Below are positions 47,724 to 60,952 of a DNA stretch of 64,000 nucleotides, one piece after another (the first letter of the stretch is position 1; each line of letters opens with the position of its first letter). Below the pieces are notes generated by a model. It was not told the origin of the DNA. It searched no databases and worked only from the letters and a program-made list of their open reading frames with translations. Source of the stretch: Klebsormidium nitens (lineage: Eukaryota > Plantae > Klebsormidiophyceae); assembly GCA_000708835.1 (NCBI GenBank), contig DF237331.1, positions 25,444-89,443 on the forward strand, in the 5' to 3' direction. The translations under genes and the position numbers were made by a program.

Positions 47724-50700
47724 ATGGGAGCAATCTCGCATGCAATTGCACGCACAACAGTCCGCCAGTTTCAAAGCAATTCACGCTGCTCATTTCTTTT
47801 CTCGTCCCATAAGAGCACTGAGCTGCTTTATAGATACACACCAGTGAGCCTTGAGAAGTCTCATCGGGTCTCAGCATTGAGTCCAAACGTTTCACAACAC
47901 CTAGAGTTTCCCAGACAATTGAGCCTGCCATCACGCTGCCAAGTAACAGGGAGTGAGAAATTCCAGCTTTTTGTAGCTGGATCAAGAGGTTTTAGTAGCA
48001 CCCAACACCAGGGAGCATTTGACCCAATCTTTCACACGTTCCTGCCTGGAACTTTAGAAAGGACTGGGCGCAGCAGAAGTGTAAGGTCGATGGCTTCGTC
48101 AGCTCCTGCCAGTGCGTCAGGATCAAAGGTTGATAATGCGGAGGCGTTCCAAGGAAAGGTAAGACTCAGCGCAGAAGGGCTTTCTTCATGGTCAGGTTGC
48201 TTCTATGTAACGTCGGGTTTTGTATGAAGTTTGCATCACGAATCTTTATGCTTCTTTTCCTGCATCTATCCATGAAGGACGTTCGGTGCCGAAAAGGTTC
48301 TTTGATACCAATGTCTGTGGGTGGTATGCATCACTCGGAATCATTGGCTGACTACATCAAGGTTGTGACTTTGGTCCGGATCAAGTAAGTCACAGAGAGT
48401 ATTCCAGGTTAACCTTATCAAGTGCCCCCTCTCAGAGGAAGGCTTTCTTTAGCGACCAGCTGAAATAGAAAAGAACTTCTGAGGACAATGATCTGCTTCC
48501 ACTCCTTACATGATAGGTTTTGAGGGAGGGGCCCCAAATAAGTGGACGTCAGATGTGAGATTGATACTCTGCAGGTCAAGCTGGCTGTGTGTCAGCTCTC
48601 AATTGTTGCTGAGAAGCAGCAGAACATCGACCATGCCAGGGAGGTGATCGAGAAGGCCGCTGATGATGGTGCCAGGCTGATTGTGCTGCCAGTAAGTAAC
48701 CTGACCCCACTATCCACTGGAGCTACAGAGGAGAATTCGAAGCCTAGTGAAAGGTGCACGTTCTCCATAGTGATATGGCGCGCACTTGAAAGCGAGGCTC
48801 TGCAGCAACGTTCTGATTAAGCGTGCAGTGTCAGGGAGTTACTTTTGAGCCCCTGAGGTCCATTGACATCTTTAAGCAGTGTTCGTTTCCCATCTATTGC
48901 TTTCATTAGTGTGTCAGTGATCAATTCATCAATTCTATCAAATCAGTCAAGCTGATCTAGCTGTTACGGAAGATACGGAAGGTAGTATCACAGCATGACT
49001 TTCAATGACTTGAAACTAAGATTTCCAGTCGGTTGGATGGTACTAATCCCACTGAACTCGACTTTTTTCACCACGAATGCAATCGCTCGAGAGGATCACC
49101 CACCTTCATGATACAAAACTCAGAAGTTTCCTTCCAAAAAGTAACACCCCAAGTATCTTATCTGCAGGAGATGTGGAATTGCCCCTACTCCAACGACAGC
49201 TTCCCCACCTATGCAGAGGATATCGATGGAGGGGCCTCGCCATCAACTGACATGCTTTCTGACACAGCCAGGGCCAGGAAAGTCACCATAATTGGAGGTA
49301 GGTCCAGCTAGGTTGTTATCAGAGTTCGATCCTTACGCAACGTGATTGAGGGTCTCGCAACGTGTCTCAGCCTTCTCCTGATCTGGGTTTCTCGATATTA
49401 TTGTGCCGTACCGGTCTCTGAAACGAACCCTGACACGACTCTTGTTTCCACAAGAAGCTTTTTGGAACAAAAAGATGACGACGGTCCTTCATATCGAACC
49501 ATTCTGCAGCTTGGAAACGTTCATTGACGTTTCCATAAATCATGCACAATTGGAAAACCTACTTTACAAGGTGCGGTTTGATCACGGTTGAGAACATGTC
49601 ATTACAGATATGCCGTCCTGAAAAATCAGTGACTTGTTATACGGAGCCGTGCATACGCTAAGTTGTTGAAGGCGCCCATTCGAATGCACACCCAGACACT
49701 GAATCTCAACCCGCATTCTTCTGCAGGCTCGATTCCCGAGCGGAGCGGCGGAAAGCTGTACAACACGTGCTGTATATACGGATCCGATGGCAAGCTTCTA
49801 GGGAAGCACAGGAAGGCGAGGCTTCGTTCTGCTTGATCCAGTTTGACCGCACACGCAACCTTCCGCCATTCATGAATCTGTCATGTGGAAATAGCTGGTG
49901 CCAATTTCCGTGCATCTTGGGTCAGAGGTCTTTGTCGAAGCTGTGTCGAACCTACAAGAAGCTGCGAGTCCCTTCGTTGATTCTTGAACTTTATTGAGCT
50001 TTGAATAGCGACTCTGGTTCGGCTGCAGCCAAGAACCCGGTGGAGGCAGATTGGGAATTGAAACCGAAAAGTTTAACCTTACGGTTAACTTTAAGGCATT
50101 TGTCCTGAGGCCCACAATTTGGAAAGTCCATTCAGTTGATCGAGAAGCATCTCTTCGTACGTACAGATGCACCTTTTCGACATCGACATACCTGGCAAGA
50201 TCACCTTCAGGGAGTCCGACACGCTCTCACCGGGAAACACGTTCACTGTGGTGAAGACAGGTAGGATAGCGATCTGCGAAACCTTTTCCTGAGAGCTTTT
50301 TCACATGGGTCCTTCTTACGAGAGCTTTGCCCTCCTCGTTCTCTGTTTCAAGGGTTTCCGTCATAACTTCGCAATTGGCCTTGGGCGTCAGTGGGGTCGA
50401 CTGGGATGGACGATTGCGTCGTCACCAATTTTGCCCAAATGAAGGACGAGTATGAAAGCCGCTTCGTCGTCATGTTTGACTTTCATCTGCTTCGTGTACT
50501 GATTCAGCATGTTAAGTACTACGCCCCGTACATCCGAGGCTTGAACGGCTCTTGAAAGCTCCTCTGAGGCGCTTTAGACTATCGATTTCCTCGAGACGCA
50601 TCTTTCTATGAAGAACGGAATTGAACCCGGCTCGACATTTGGTTGGAGCGCCTATTAAGAGCGTACTCCGTGTTCAAGACCCAGCAGAACAAACAACTTA

Positions 50701-53524
50701 AATTTATACACAAGTCTAGGCAGCAAACGAATACTATTTTTTCCTTGACAGAAAGGCATGGATTCTCAGTTTCATCTCGTTTTAGTGCAGACGTTGGTTG
50801 CATCGGCGTTGGGATCTGCTACGACATTCGATTCCCCGAACTCGCGATGCTGAGCGCCGCAAAAGGTGAGCGCAGACCTGCCAGGCTGAGGTTAGCACGT
50901 TCTTTGATGACGTCATCTTTCGCCCAAACGGTCGGAAAAGACAGTCAGGAGTCATCAAACGGTGAGCAACGCGGACGTTCTGGCGACGTTGCACGAACCA
51001 GAGAATGCCTTGACGCTCGTCGTACAGCTTTTCTGCATTGACCCTGCCGCTATTGGAAGCCACAGTCTCGCCGGGCAAGCGACCGTTGGATCACCATTTT
51101 CGGCTTATCGAACGGGCTGAGATCAAGTAACGAAAGGTTGAACCTCGAAGCGGGGGATGGCGATTTTAACGCAAACGTTCGCGTAAAGGATTCGGTGGCC
51201 GAAGAGGATCGCCGTGGCGAGAAGTCCGTTTAGGCAAGCGCTTGCGGAATATGTTGTGCTCTGCCTCCGGGGTATTCTGCATGCAGTCAAATTGCACAGG
51301 TGTCTACTTCTCTGATTCCTTGTCTCGGCCAGTTTTTTGTCAGCCAATGGTTTGCTTATGTCAACAGAGAATAGATTCGTTCCTGCTGCAGGAGCTCAGA
51401 TCCTGTGCTACCCCGGCGCCTTCAACATGACGACCGGGCCGCTCCACTGGGAGCTCCTCGCCAAGGCACGGTGAGCGGAACGAGAGCGGAACAAGAGCGG
51501 AAGGGGCCCCTTACTTCTGCATTGACGGTTTCCAGTAGAATCAGTTGTCATACTTGTCTCTGCCCAGTCTGGGCCTTGTGTTTAGAGTAGGAGCAGTAAG
51601 TCTATGTTCCTGTTCTCCTTGAGCCTGGTACTGCTGAACGGGTAAAAGCAACCAGTATTTGGGGTGTCGATTGACGTCAAAATCTGGTTCTTTGTACTTT
51701 CCAATGTAGTGCCTCTAGGACTTTCTTCTATCGTCATCAAAATAGCAGCTGGCGAGAGCGGTAGACTGATTAAGTCTCATCTCCATCTCGTTCAGGGCGG
51801 TCGACAATCAGGTGAGCGTAATCCCTGGAACATACTTTGACCTTATTCAGGCACTGGCATCCTCTGATACGTAAGTTCCGTTAAGGCAGGTCGTGAATAT
51901 AAGAAGCTCCAATCTTTGACTAGTATTGATTTTGCAGATTGTCCTTCGCACTTCAAAGGGAAACGAAATGCATGTTATGCGAGCCTCCCTGTCTGCTATC
52001 AATTGAGCATGCACGTCCTTCTGTGCAAGTGTTCGGTGTTCTTGGACAGCAGTCCCGTACGCTGCGCCCTGTGCGCACTGTCCTTTTATCGAAGCTGTGC
52101 ATTCTTCTCCTTTGCCTTGCTGGTCTCGATTCACTCCGAAGTGCATTCGAGTCCTTGCAAATCTAGATGTCAGTCGTCCTTGCGTGTCTTAGTCGTTTGT
52201 ATTTCGAGGCTCATGGTCTCTTTTGTGATTGGAACATGCCGTAAAGACCTGTCATGTGACACCGGCATGCCCGTCCGTTGCAGCTCTTCGTTGTGACATG
52301 TTCGCCCGCTAGAGATGACGGAGCCGGCTACATCGCCTGGGGCCACTCCACCGTCATTGGTCCGGTGAGTAAGTGACGAGTGAGGTGTAAGCCCAATTGT
52401 GAGTGGGGCCATGACATTATCTCAGATCCCTTCGTCGATGAAATAAAAGCTTGCCCACGTCAAAATTAGGCCTGCAGAGGCCGTCGGACGACCCGTACTG
52501 TGACGGTGGCTCTTTCGGCTGAACAAGAAGGGATCTATTCAAGTTTCACTTGTGCAGCCAAAACTGCCGAAGGAATCTATACAAGTTTCTTTGTTGCCTG
52601 CTGGATACTTGCTTCCGCCGGTCTCGCTTGGGCGATCTTTCTCTGCAAGCTTCATAGAAGTTGCCGATTGTCTTGCAGTTCGGCAAAGTCGAGGCTGCGC
52701 TGGAGGAGAAGGAGGGCGTGTTACTGTTGGACATTGATCTGTCCGAAATCGAAACAAGAAGGTATGTGGCTGCTCCATGCCGCAGTCCTGGCTCCGCCCG
52801 GTCTCTTTGCGATCAAAGCCTGGGTTGAATTCCGGGACCAAGCGTCCCATATCAAACCCTTGATGTGGGCGTGAGACATGCATGTTTATTCCAAGCAGTC
52901 CACGGGGCAGAGAGCCCAAAGTCGTTGTACATTTGATCTCATTTGTCGAAGAAGACTCGGACTCACTGGTGTGTATTTTCCGAGCTTTCGAATCCGATGC
53001 CCACTCTATGTTGGAGACATGGTTCAAGCAAGGAGCCAGAAATCCGTTTGAGCAAGACGGGGTGGAATACTCCTTAACAAGCTTTCGCCGAACCACTGGG
53101 GACATTGGATGCTATTCAGGTTGGAAACAAGTGCGGATGGCAAGAGGCAGGCTTTGATCAGCGCGAAGAGAAGCCGTTCGGAGATTCGTTAGTCTAGCCC
53201 ACAGTTTACGCAGTGGATGAAGGCCCGTTCTCGAAACAGGCCGCAATAATTTCAAACCTAAGACGGATCCGTTCCTCTTCTGAGCCCTGCGGGTGTTCCA
53301 CTGCTTGCTTTGTTCTAGGGAGTGCTTTGGCCGAGCTCGCCTGTGGATGCTTCTGTATCTTGCTCTTGTCATAGAGATTGATTCAAAAGCAACGGTTTAA
53401 GCTACCTAAATTAGAACGCTCTCGTTTCGACTTTTGCAGGACGAATATGCCGTTGGAACATCAACGAAGACACGATGTGTACCAGCTGGTAGAGATCACT
53501 GACAGGAACCGCTCGGCGCTTTGA
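47724..53524 (+). CDS. NIT2: Omega-amidase (nitrilase family, NIT2/NLP3-like) with N-terminal transit-peptide-like extension, 11 exons, 427 aa
   Basis: Exons 47724-48158, 48575-48691, 49168-49297, 49727-49815, 50167-50260, 50791-50865, 51392-51470, 51796-51811, 52284-52364, 52679-52761, 53440-53524. Catalytic triad LPEMWNCPY / KHRKMHLFD / [10 protein letters not shown]; [28 protein letters not shown]. Intron 4 has a GC donor. The first ATG is less certain than the in-frame ATG at 48090. Confidence 0.92.
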
Positions 53525-53696
53525 AGGGGCAACTCTAGCTAACGCTGAGTGCTTTGATATAATCCGCCACTAGCAATCATGTGCATGTGTCACACAGCGC
53601 GCTGGCCGGGCACATGACCGCGGTCCAACTGCTTCACGATCGTTTCAAGAAGGGCGGACGGTCACATACATACACTCACTGTCAATATGCATCAAC

Positions 53697-53931
53697 TGTC
53701 AGAGCGGGGACAAGGAGAATCAGTAATTTCTGGACTGGGGCCAGGGACGCTGTTCAATGGAAGGCGTGACATGGCGGGGTTTATGGGCAAAACCCTGGAA
53801 TAGGCTCCTTTCGACCAATCATGGATGAGAAGGCCCCGGTCAAAACCCTAAACCTCGCCACGTCACGCCTTCCAACAGCGTCCCCCGCCCCGGTCCAGAA
53901 ATTACTGATTTTCCTTGTCCCCGCTCTGTCA
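53697..53931. mobile_element. MITE-like foldback element (about 85-bp inverted arms, about 65-bp spacer)
   Basis: 53697-53783 is the near-perfect reverse complement of 53848-53931 (CAGAGCGGGGACAAGGA.AATCAGTAATTTCTGGAC...GGAAGGCGTGAC.TGGCG.GGTTTA). No TSD found. Confidence 0.7.
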
Positions 53932-54621
53932 CGTCATGCCGTGCAAGTGATTCGATCAATCGACCAATGATCGCGCGGGCCAGTCCTACAGGCACTAGGT
54001 TACAAGGATAAATGTATATGGCATGAGTCCAAGCTTCAACAAATTAGTAATGCTGGCGGCGCGGCACCTTGCATGAGTGATCATATGTGTATGCCTTCAA
54101 CTTAGCTGCAGTAAATGGGATGCGCTATGCATTACATGCAGTATAAGTAACTTGTTCCGAAGCGAAGTTGCAGTAACAGCTAGACTTTGAGAGAACGAAC
54201 TTGCATGTAGCCTGAGTTCTGGTCGCTTTGTGCGTTTTCCCACTTGAGTCCTACGATCAAACATGGACACCCAAAACAAAACCAGCTTATCGAATTCGGG
54301 CATTAGTTTCTCAATTGATTGTGTCAAAATCTCCCTTCTTCACGCGCGGGTTACCATTGAAGGACGCATAAGGCAGCTATATTCGAGCAATACTTAAGCA
54401 GTGCACCCCATTATCAGGTCAATTTATGTACAATTTCCTATCAGCAAGACTTGATTACAGTTACCGTCATACGAGCCGGCAATGTAAATTCGATAGCATG
54501 CGGCCGGAACCATCTTTTATGCTGTACAAGCCGCAAGTCTTGGGCCCCCCGGTGAAGGTAAAACCGGGCGCGCTTGTCGTAGTACCGCAACTATGCTTTA
54601 TGGAGGGTTTAGTCAAATTGC

Positions 54622-57600
54622 TTAATAAAACCCAAAAGCCTTCTTGAACTTCAGGCTCACAAGAGATGGCAGCAGGCCCAACTGAGCCCCGGCACCCTGG
54701 TACTGGGCCACCACAGTCGCGTAGCTCTTGCGCGCCTTGAACTTCTTCCAGTACTCCTGCAAAAGCGTCACTGACTCCATCAAAAAATGACCACTTTTGG
54801 CACTAACCGGGTAGTATATGCGAGGCACAACGTTTTGGTATGATCAAATATCATTGGGTTGCCAGCGCAAATCCCGCCAGGGAGGCCCGACGTAGGAAAA
54901 GCAAGGAGAGTTGGACAGATATACCCTTCTATGGATCCGTCACAGCGAAATACAGAGCAAACGAGTCTGCAGGGCGTTGGACTAGGTGCTCAAGCGGGGG
55001 ACGGCGTCTTTCACCAACGCACTTTCTCGATGTCTTTGAAATCAGAACCGTTGTATCTCGAATTCCTCTCTCAAAAATCCGAACGCCTTACCTTAACCTT
55101 CGGGTAGTCGTTGATCAGCTCCTTGCTGGCAACCTCCGTCCGCGACAAGAGCGTGGCAAACTGCAAACGTGGAACACTCGTAATGCTTGAGCTAAAATAT
55201 GCAGTCCGCGGATTATACATCTCAAGGCAGCAGCCGAAGCGTGCAGTTCAGATAGCGAAGATCGACCCCCCTTCAGAAATTGGATATCAAGGATGCGCGG
55301 AGATCCCACTGCGGGTGGGTGGGTCCAGATGACCCCACAAGTCTATATGACAGTTCGAACTAGGCCGAGACGAAAAGGTAACCTCTCCGGAACGGTGGCA
55401 AAACATTGTATCCGCGTCTGGCAAAGTGAAGCCGAGCTTCCTTGGTACTCGCTCGCTGTATTTCTAATAAAGAATGCGACCGTTCACTCCGCTCCGACCG
55501 TCATAACGCTGAGCATTATCCCTTGCATGCAAGGTTATCTCCTCGATATTGAGGTGCAAGGCGTGACGACGTCGGGATGCTACAGAGGAGCCTCCACTTT
55601 CTTTCCCCAGCGAACCAAGGAACGCTTTCGAAACGTATGTACCCACCATGGCGTCTGCAATGGAGATGACGGGGCCCGCAACAAACTCCGTCTCCGCCAG
55701 CTGCTTCTCGGCCGTCCCCAACAACGAGGCAGCCTATAAAAGCGAGTCGAATAAGTGGCAGGAAAACGTGCTGACATTCCCAATGTATGTCAAATATTAT
55801 CCACTTTCGAGAGGACCATTTGTGAATGTTGCATCGTCACGCGGTAGGAACGCTCCTTGCGAAGGGTTTGCGCGTTGTTCGACTTTCGGTCGGATTGAAC
55901 GGCATCCAGCATTCAGGATGAGGGTTTTGACCATGCCTGTCGCAACTTAACGTGAAGGCAGACGGTTGAACAAGTGCGTATTACGTAAGCGTCCAGGCTG
56001 AGAAAGGGAGTAACGACGAATCAACGAGCAAGGATGGTTACCGGGGAGTTCACGCAATGGGTTGCAGACCATTCGAAGTTGCTCTGATGCAGGCGCGCTA
56101 GCTCTTGACAAAGATCCGCTTTACAGAAGGACACCGTTCCGTTGGTTCCGGACAGTCTGATCCGGGACGTCGAAAACTTGGACACACGACTTCAAAATCT
56201 CATTGTAATGGCTGAACAAATATACAAAGTGGAGCGATTACCTCGTCCTTGATCTTCTTCTTCTCGCTCGCGTCCGCAATTTTGGCCAGCTCCTTTGTGG
56301 TCCACTCCGACTTGCTCTTGTAGAAGTCGGCAAGCTCGGGGTCCTTCTTTGCGTAGTGCTCTGCAGACATTTTCAACATCCTTTAACTCCGGGTTTCAAG
56401 AGTGGTGTACGGATTGGGATATTTGTGAAGATCGTGACTTCTGCATCAGTCAGCATTTTCCAATCCTCTTTAACATAGTCTCGTGCACGAGATGGCCCAA
56501 CGTGGAACAACAGGCTTTGCGGAACACTAAGCTTCCACATTATCTCAAACCCTACCTGATTCTCGAGCTCTGTTTCTATCTGGCGGAGTGCTTCGCACGA
56601 ACGTTCATTGGCTGTTGCTATTATCAACGTTAAGATTAAAAAAGAACCAGAACCAAGAGGTTTTTGGAGGCGATGCACCAATGTGGCCATTCGCCAGCAG
56701 TTCGTTTCAATCTCTTCAGTGAAAATCAGAAAGCAGAAATAGCAAGGAGTTTCGCAAAATTGGGTTACTTGCGTTCTCTACTCGAATGTAAGTTTTCCCC
56801 GCTTCAGAGGGCCAGCTCATTTTGAGTCAATGCTTCGTAACCTCCTCAAAGATTATCCTGAAAGCTAAGATGAAAACAGTTTCAAGTAAACCCATCAGAC
56901 CTTCGCTTAGCTTCGTGGTTTCCTAAAGACAGCTTTCAGAACTGAATCTAGAGGAAGATCTGGACGACTTTGCATGCCACACTCAAAGGCTTCAAGCCAC
57001 AATCACCAGTCTCTCCAATGTTCAAAGAAAGAAGTTACTGCGACGCACCGACAAAGCCCTTCTTGTACTCGAGCTGGTCCTTGAGCAGCGGCCCGACCGG
57101 CGATGGGGCCCAGGCCGCGGCGAAGTAGTTGCCGTCAAAATCGTTCATCTTCTCAAGCCAGAAGTCAACCTTCTCCTTGTCCACCTCGGATCCGCCCAAG
57201 GGCTTGCCGTCGACGTTGTCAGCCCACCTGGGAAATGATTGAGGAGGCTCAGAAAGAGCACACAAGAGCTGTCTACCGAGTTATGAGTGGCGGTGCTCAA
57301 TGACAATTAGGAGACAAAAGTGAATGCACATTGCAGGAACGTTGACTCGTTCTTTGCCTCTATAAAATACAACCAGACCTGGCTTCAAGGTCATGTAACC
57401 GGGCCACAGAACTTACTTTGATGGCGCATTGCATCACAGAGGTAAGCCGGTTGTTATGGTAGTTGACCCATCAGAAGACGGTGCAAGATGCGATTACAAT
57501 ACTCAGAAGTCGTTCCCAAGAGCTTTTCTTGGCATTCCAGGGGTCTTTGCGCTTCCTGGACTAATATTGTCGAATGTGAAACAAGAAAAAGGAAGCTGTC

Positions 57601-58370
57601 ACTCTTGCTGCCTTGGTATCTATCTGCATTGTCCAGGTTCTGCAAGGACTCGGTACTTATCTACGGCACTGTAAGTATGCACTAGCCGAAACCGGAGCCA
57701 TATAACAAGAGCAGGCACTTCAAGGCGGAAGCCTGCAGCCGGCTCACTTCATGATGTCCAGGGACTCAGTGAGCACCTTCCCGTCTGGAAGCACCAGTGC
57801 GGGCACGGTGCCATTCGGATTGACCTTCTTGACGTAGTCGGGCTTCAGGTTCTGGCACAGGAGCAGGTTGACGGCCCTGAGGTCGTAGTGGATGTCCTTC
57901 TCTTCCATCAAGAAACGCACCTGGCAAAAGAAGGACATGGTTGCGTGAAACCGGACTTGCAGACGAAGATGTATACCCGAGGATAAAGGAACGTTTCCAA
58001 GCTAGGGGGAACTAAGGCTGATCTCCTTAGGCGGCTTTGACAGGAATGTTAGCAGGACACCGTGATTTGATTGAGCGCTTGTGCCGAGAATGGCAATGCT
58101 AGTGAAGGGTGAGTTTCTGAAGCAAGAACTCCAAAGATCCCATCATACTTGGTGCAGTAAAGAGTCAATGAATCCATGCAAAGAATACCCTACCATGGGT
58201 GCGTCTTAAAAACCATCAGCTTCTAACAGAAAGGTTGATGCGATTGGCCAAGTAGGTACTAATAGTGCACGCTAAGGAGTTCACAGATAGCCTGGGGTTA
58301 CAGAGACCCGCACCTTGGTTACAGCATAGGAGGGCGGAAAGTAGACCAGAGTCGGCTTTGCGGCAGCCAT
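54622..58370 (-). CDS. TCHQD: Glutathione S-transferase, TCHQD/GDAP1-like class, 7 exons, 272 aa
   Basis: Exons 58314-58370, 57748-57920, 57049-57227, 56242-56360, 55647-55733, 55092-55160, 54622-54756; GT-AG, in phase. PTLVYFPPSYAVTKVRFLMEEK, VNPNGTVPAL, ESLDIMKW, EFVAGPVISIADAM, PKVKEYWKKFKARKSY. Class assignment is by recalled similarity. Confidence 0.8.
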
Positions 58371-59904
58371 GGCGATCGTGGCTTGGATCACTATCGCTGG
58401 TTGTGCTGCAAAAGAATTTTGTTTCAGATGAGGCATGGTGCAAAGGTATTGTCAAAGATGCAAATTAGCTTCAATAGGAGTATTGGGCACTTCAAAGGTC
58501 TTTTTGGTATGCTGCACAGAAAAGTCAGACGCAAAGGAGGGATGCGGACAAAAGCATGTCCGAGTGTTATGCAGAGCCGACAGTGCCGTACATGAAAGTT
58601 CGACGGAGGTGAGCAAGCAGCCAATGTGACCTACAAGTCGCAGGTTGATCCGTGAAGAGATCGTTGAGGCTTGCGTCGAAGGACAGTCAAATCCGCAAAC
58701 CTGTCCTTGATCACTGAATGAAAGATGGAAATGAAAGATGCCCACAATGTGTTCAAGTGTAGCTGTGTACATTGGCCTCAGACGCAAAAGTAAGAGCATA
58801 CAATCTTGTCCTGCTTCAAGGCCCAAGCCCCCCTCAACTTCTTACAAGCAAGTCCCTAAATGCAATGCAGGTTTTGGAATATATGCAGCTAACAAGTGTC
58901 GGATGTACCGAGTCCCCAAGCGTAGAATTTAAAGCCACATCAATTGTAGAAAGATCCGTTGTGTCCACATTCCTGTTCAGTCGAAGCGCGCCCCTGAAAA
59001 GAATCTCCTGATCCTGTCAATTAAAGAAACTTTGACAGCATTGTAAGCATATGAGGAGTTTGAGACTTTGAAAAGTCTGCTGGCTCAATATGATAGACAT
59101 TTCAATCTGTGCGAATGGAGATGGTCTGATCAGGATCTGCAGCATTGCTCATGTCACTGACAACTTCCTGGATGCTGGAATTACGTAAGGAAGCATCAAC
59201 TGACTAAGGATCAACTACATTGCCTTTGCTTTTGTAAAGGTGACATGGTTTCATTGAGAGCCTGAACAAGCGCACATCAGAGATCAAGAAGCAGTGGCCT
59301 ACCTTGTACAGGGACTATTCTCAGATGCCTGCTGCTCCCCACCTGCTGCCAAGGCCCACGTGTATGCTGAAGACGTCCCAAAAGCGAGGAAGACATTGAA
59401 CAGACAAATTTAGTTCTTGCTGCCAGAGGGCTGAGCTGCGTAGGTACGTAGGCCTAGGCGTGCCTTCAAGGTGAGCTCCTTCCGTCGCACACCATGCAAT
59501 GCCGGCGTTGTCGCGGAATCAGGGTTGCCACTTGGCAGTTTGCAGGCTCTGCACTCGGCGCGTTTGGCGCGCGCTGAGCCTGCCAAGGGCATCATTTCGC
59601 CGACGTCATCATGATACATTAGGTTGACCAATGACCAGCCAGTCCGGGGTCCGTACAGGAGCTGACCGTGTCGACAGACGGAGCCTCGAGGCTCGGAAGC
59701 AATCATTGAGAGCTTCGACCGGGTGGCGAAGCGGCCGGCGCGGCGCCCGGTAGGCTTTACTAAGCCCTCTCAAGCGATTAAAGCTAGAGCTAGAGCACCC
59801 TATTCTCCTAATACTACTTTTTTCTACTCATGCTTCTGCATACAAGCAGCGAGATGGCAGTGCTCTGTCCAACCCTCAGTACCCCTGTAACCCCCCATTA
59901 CCTC

Positions 59905-60140
59905 ATCCACGAGCTATAAGTTCTGATCCACAGTCTCACGGGCTTGTTCGGAGCTCAGTCCGTGAGCCTTCACCACTAATCCGACGTATGCTCCAACGTC
60001 CATCGTCGTCTGCATGAAAGTCCGGTAGCGCTCATAGCGCTCAATGTAGGCAGTGAACGACAGGGTTCACTGGGCATAAGATAGCCGATGCCTACTAAAG
60101 GCGCTTTGGGCTAAGCGAAGTTGGCGGATGCGTCTATTGA
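59905..60140 (-). pseudogene. Possible LTR-retrotransposon gag relic
   Basis: Minus translation RIRQLRLAQ...*TLSFTAYIERYERYRTFMQTTMDVGAYVGLVVKAHGLSSEQ loosely resembles the gag core of the inner element (ESAAKYIARAKDL...AAACGLS). Confidence 0.25.
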
Positions 60141-60952
60141 ATCGACATCCAGAATAAAAGAGTATTCTCGACAAAAGCAGGACAAAAGCGACATTGACTC
60201 CGGCCAGTAATTGAAGTATGAAGCGGACTGACCTACTTTAGTATACGCCAGTAATGCACTTGACAGATATGAGTCTCCAGAAGGCCCAGCTCACCATGAG
60301 CACTCACTCAAAGGTTGTACTACTTAAATTCTGACGCACTTAGGTAGATCAGTCATGTCTGATTGTACTGGCAGCACCACAACATGCAGTGGTCGACATC
60401 CCGGCCAGGAGGGACGGCTGAAAAAGTTCATGAACAGCAGTTGCCGGACACATGAGCTTCCAAAGAAAATGGTTGGCTCGTATGCTTCTTATCTAGCATT
60501 TGACTGCAAAGATACAAACTACAGAGCGTCGCAGATCACAAGTTGCGCCGCCGCGGATGTACTTATTGATATCGACCGCAATCTGGCGCCTTATATATGA
60601 AAGCAAAAATGGACATACTGAACCTTGAGTGCTCAGTTCTTCCTCATCTACCGGTAGTTGTAAAATCGTTCGAGATTACAGTGCTTCTCTTACTAGGCTG
60701 GAGCTGGCCAATCACTAGGGACTGGGCTGAAATACTCTACGACAACCGTTCTGGACCATTCTTCCAGTTTTCGTAGGCAATTACAAGGCAAATCCAAAAT
60801 TTTACACTACAAGTCCTCACTTTCCCTGTACATCCAATCTCAAATGCTCTCAGATTCACCGGACGTCCATCCTCAACCGACAAGTAAAGAGTGTCCGTGC
60901 GCACCGCCCGCAGAATCGCAAGCGGTCAGATATCACTCCCAGCCTGTCCCTC

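Noticed and set aside
53842-53852. Telomeric repeat AAACCCTAAA
   Set aside because: Single copy within the foldback element, not an array.
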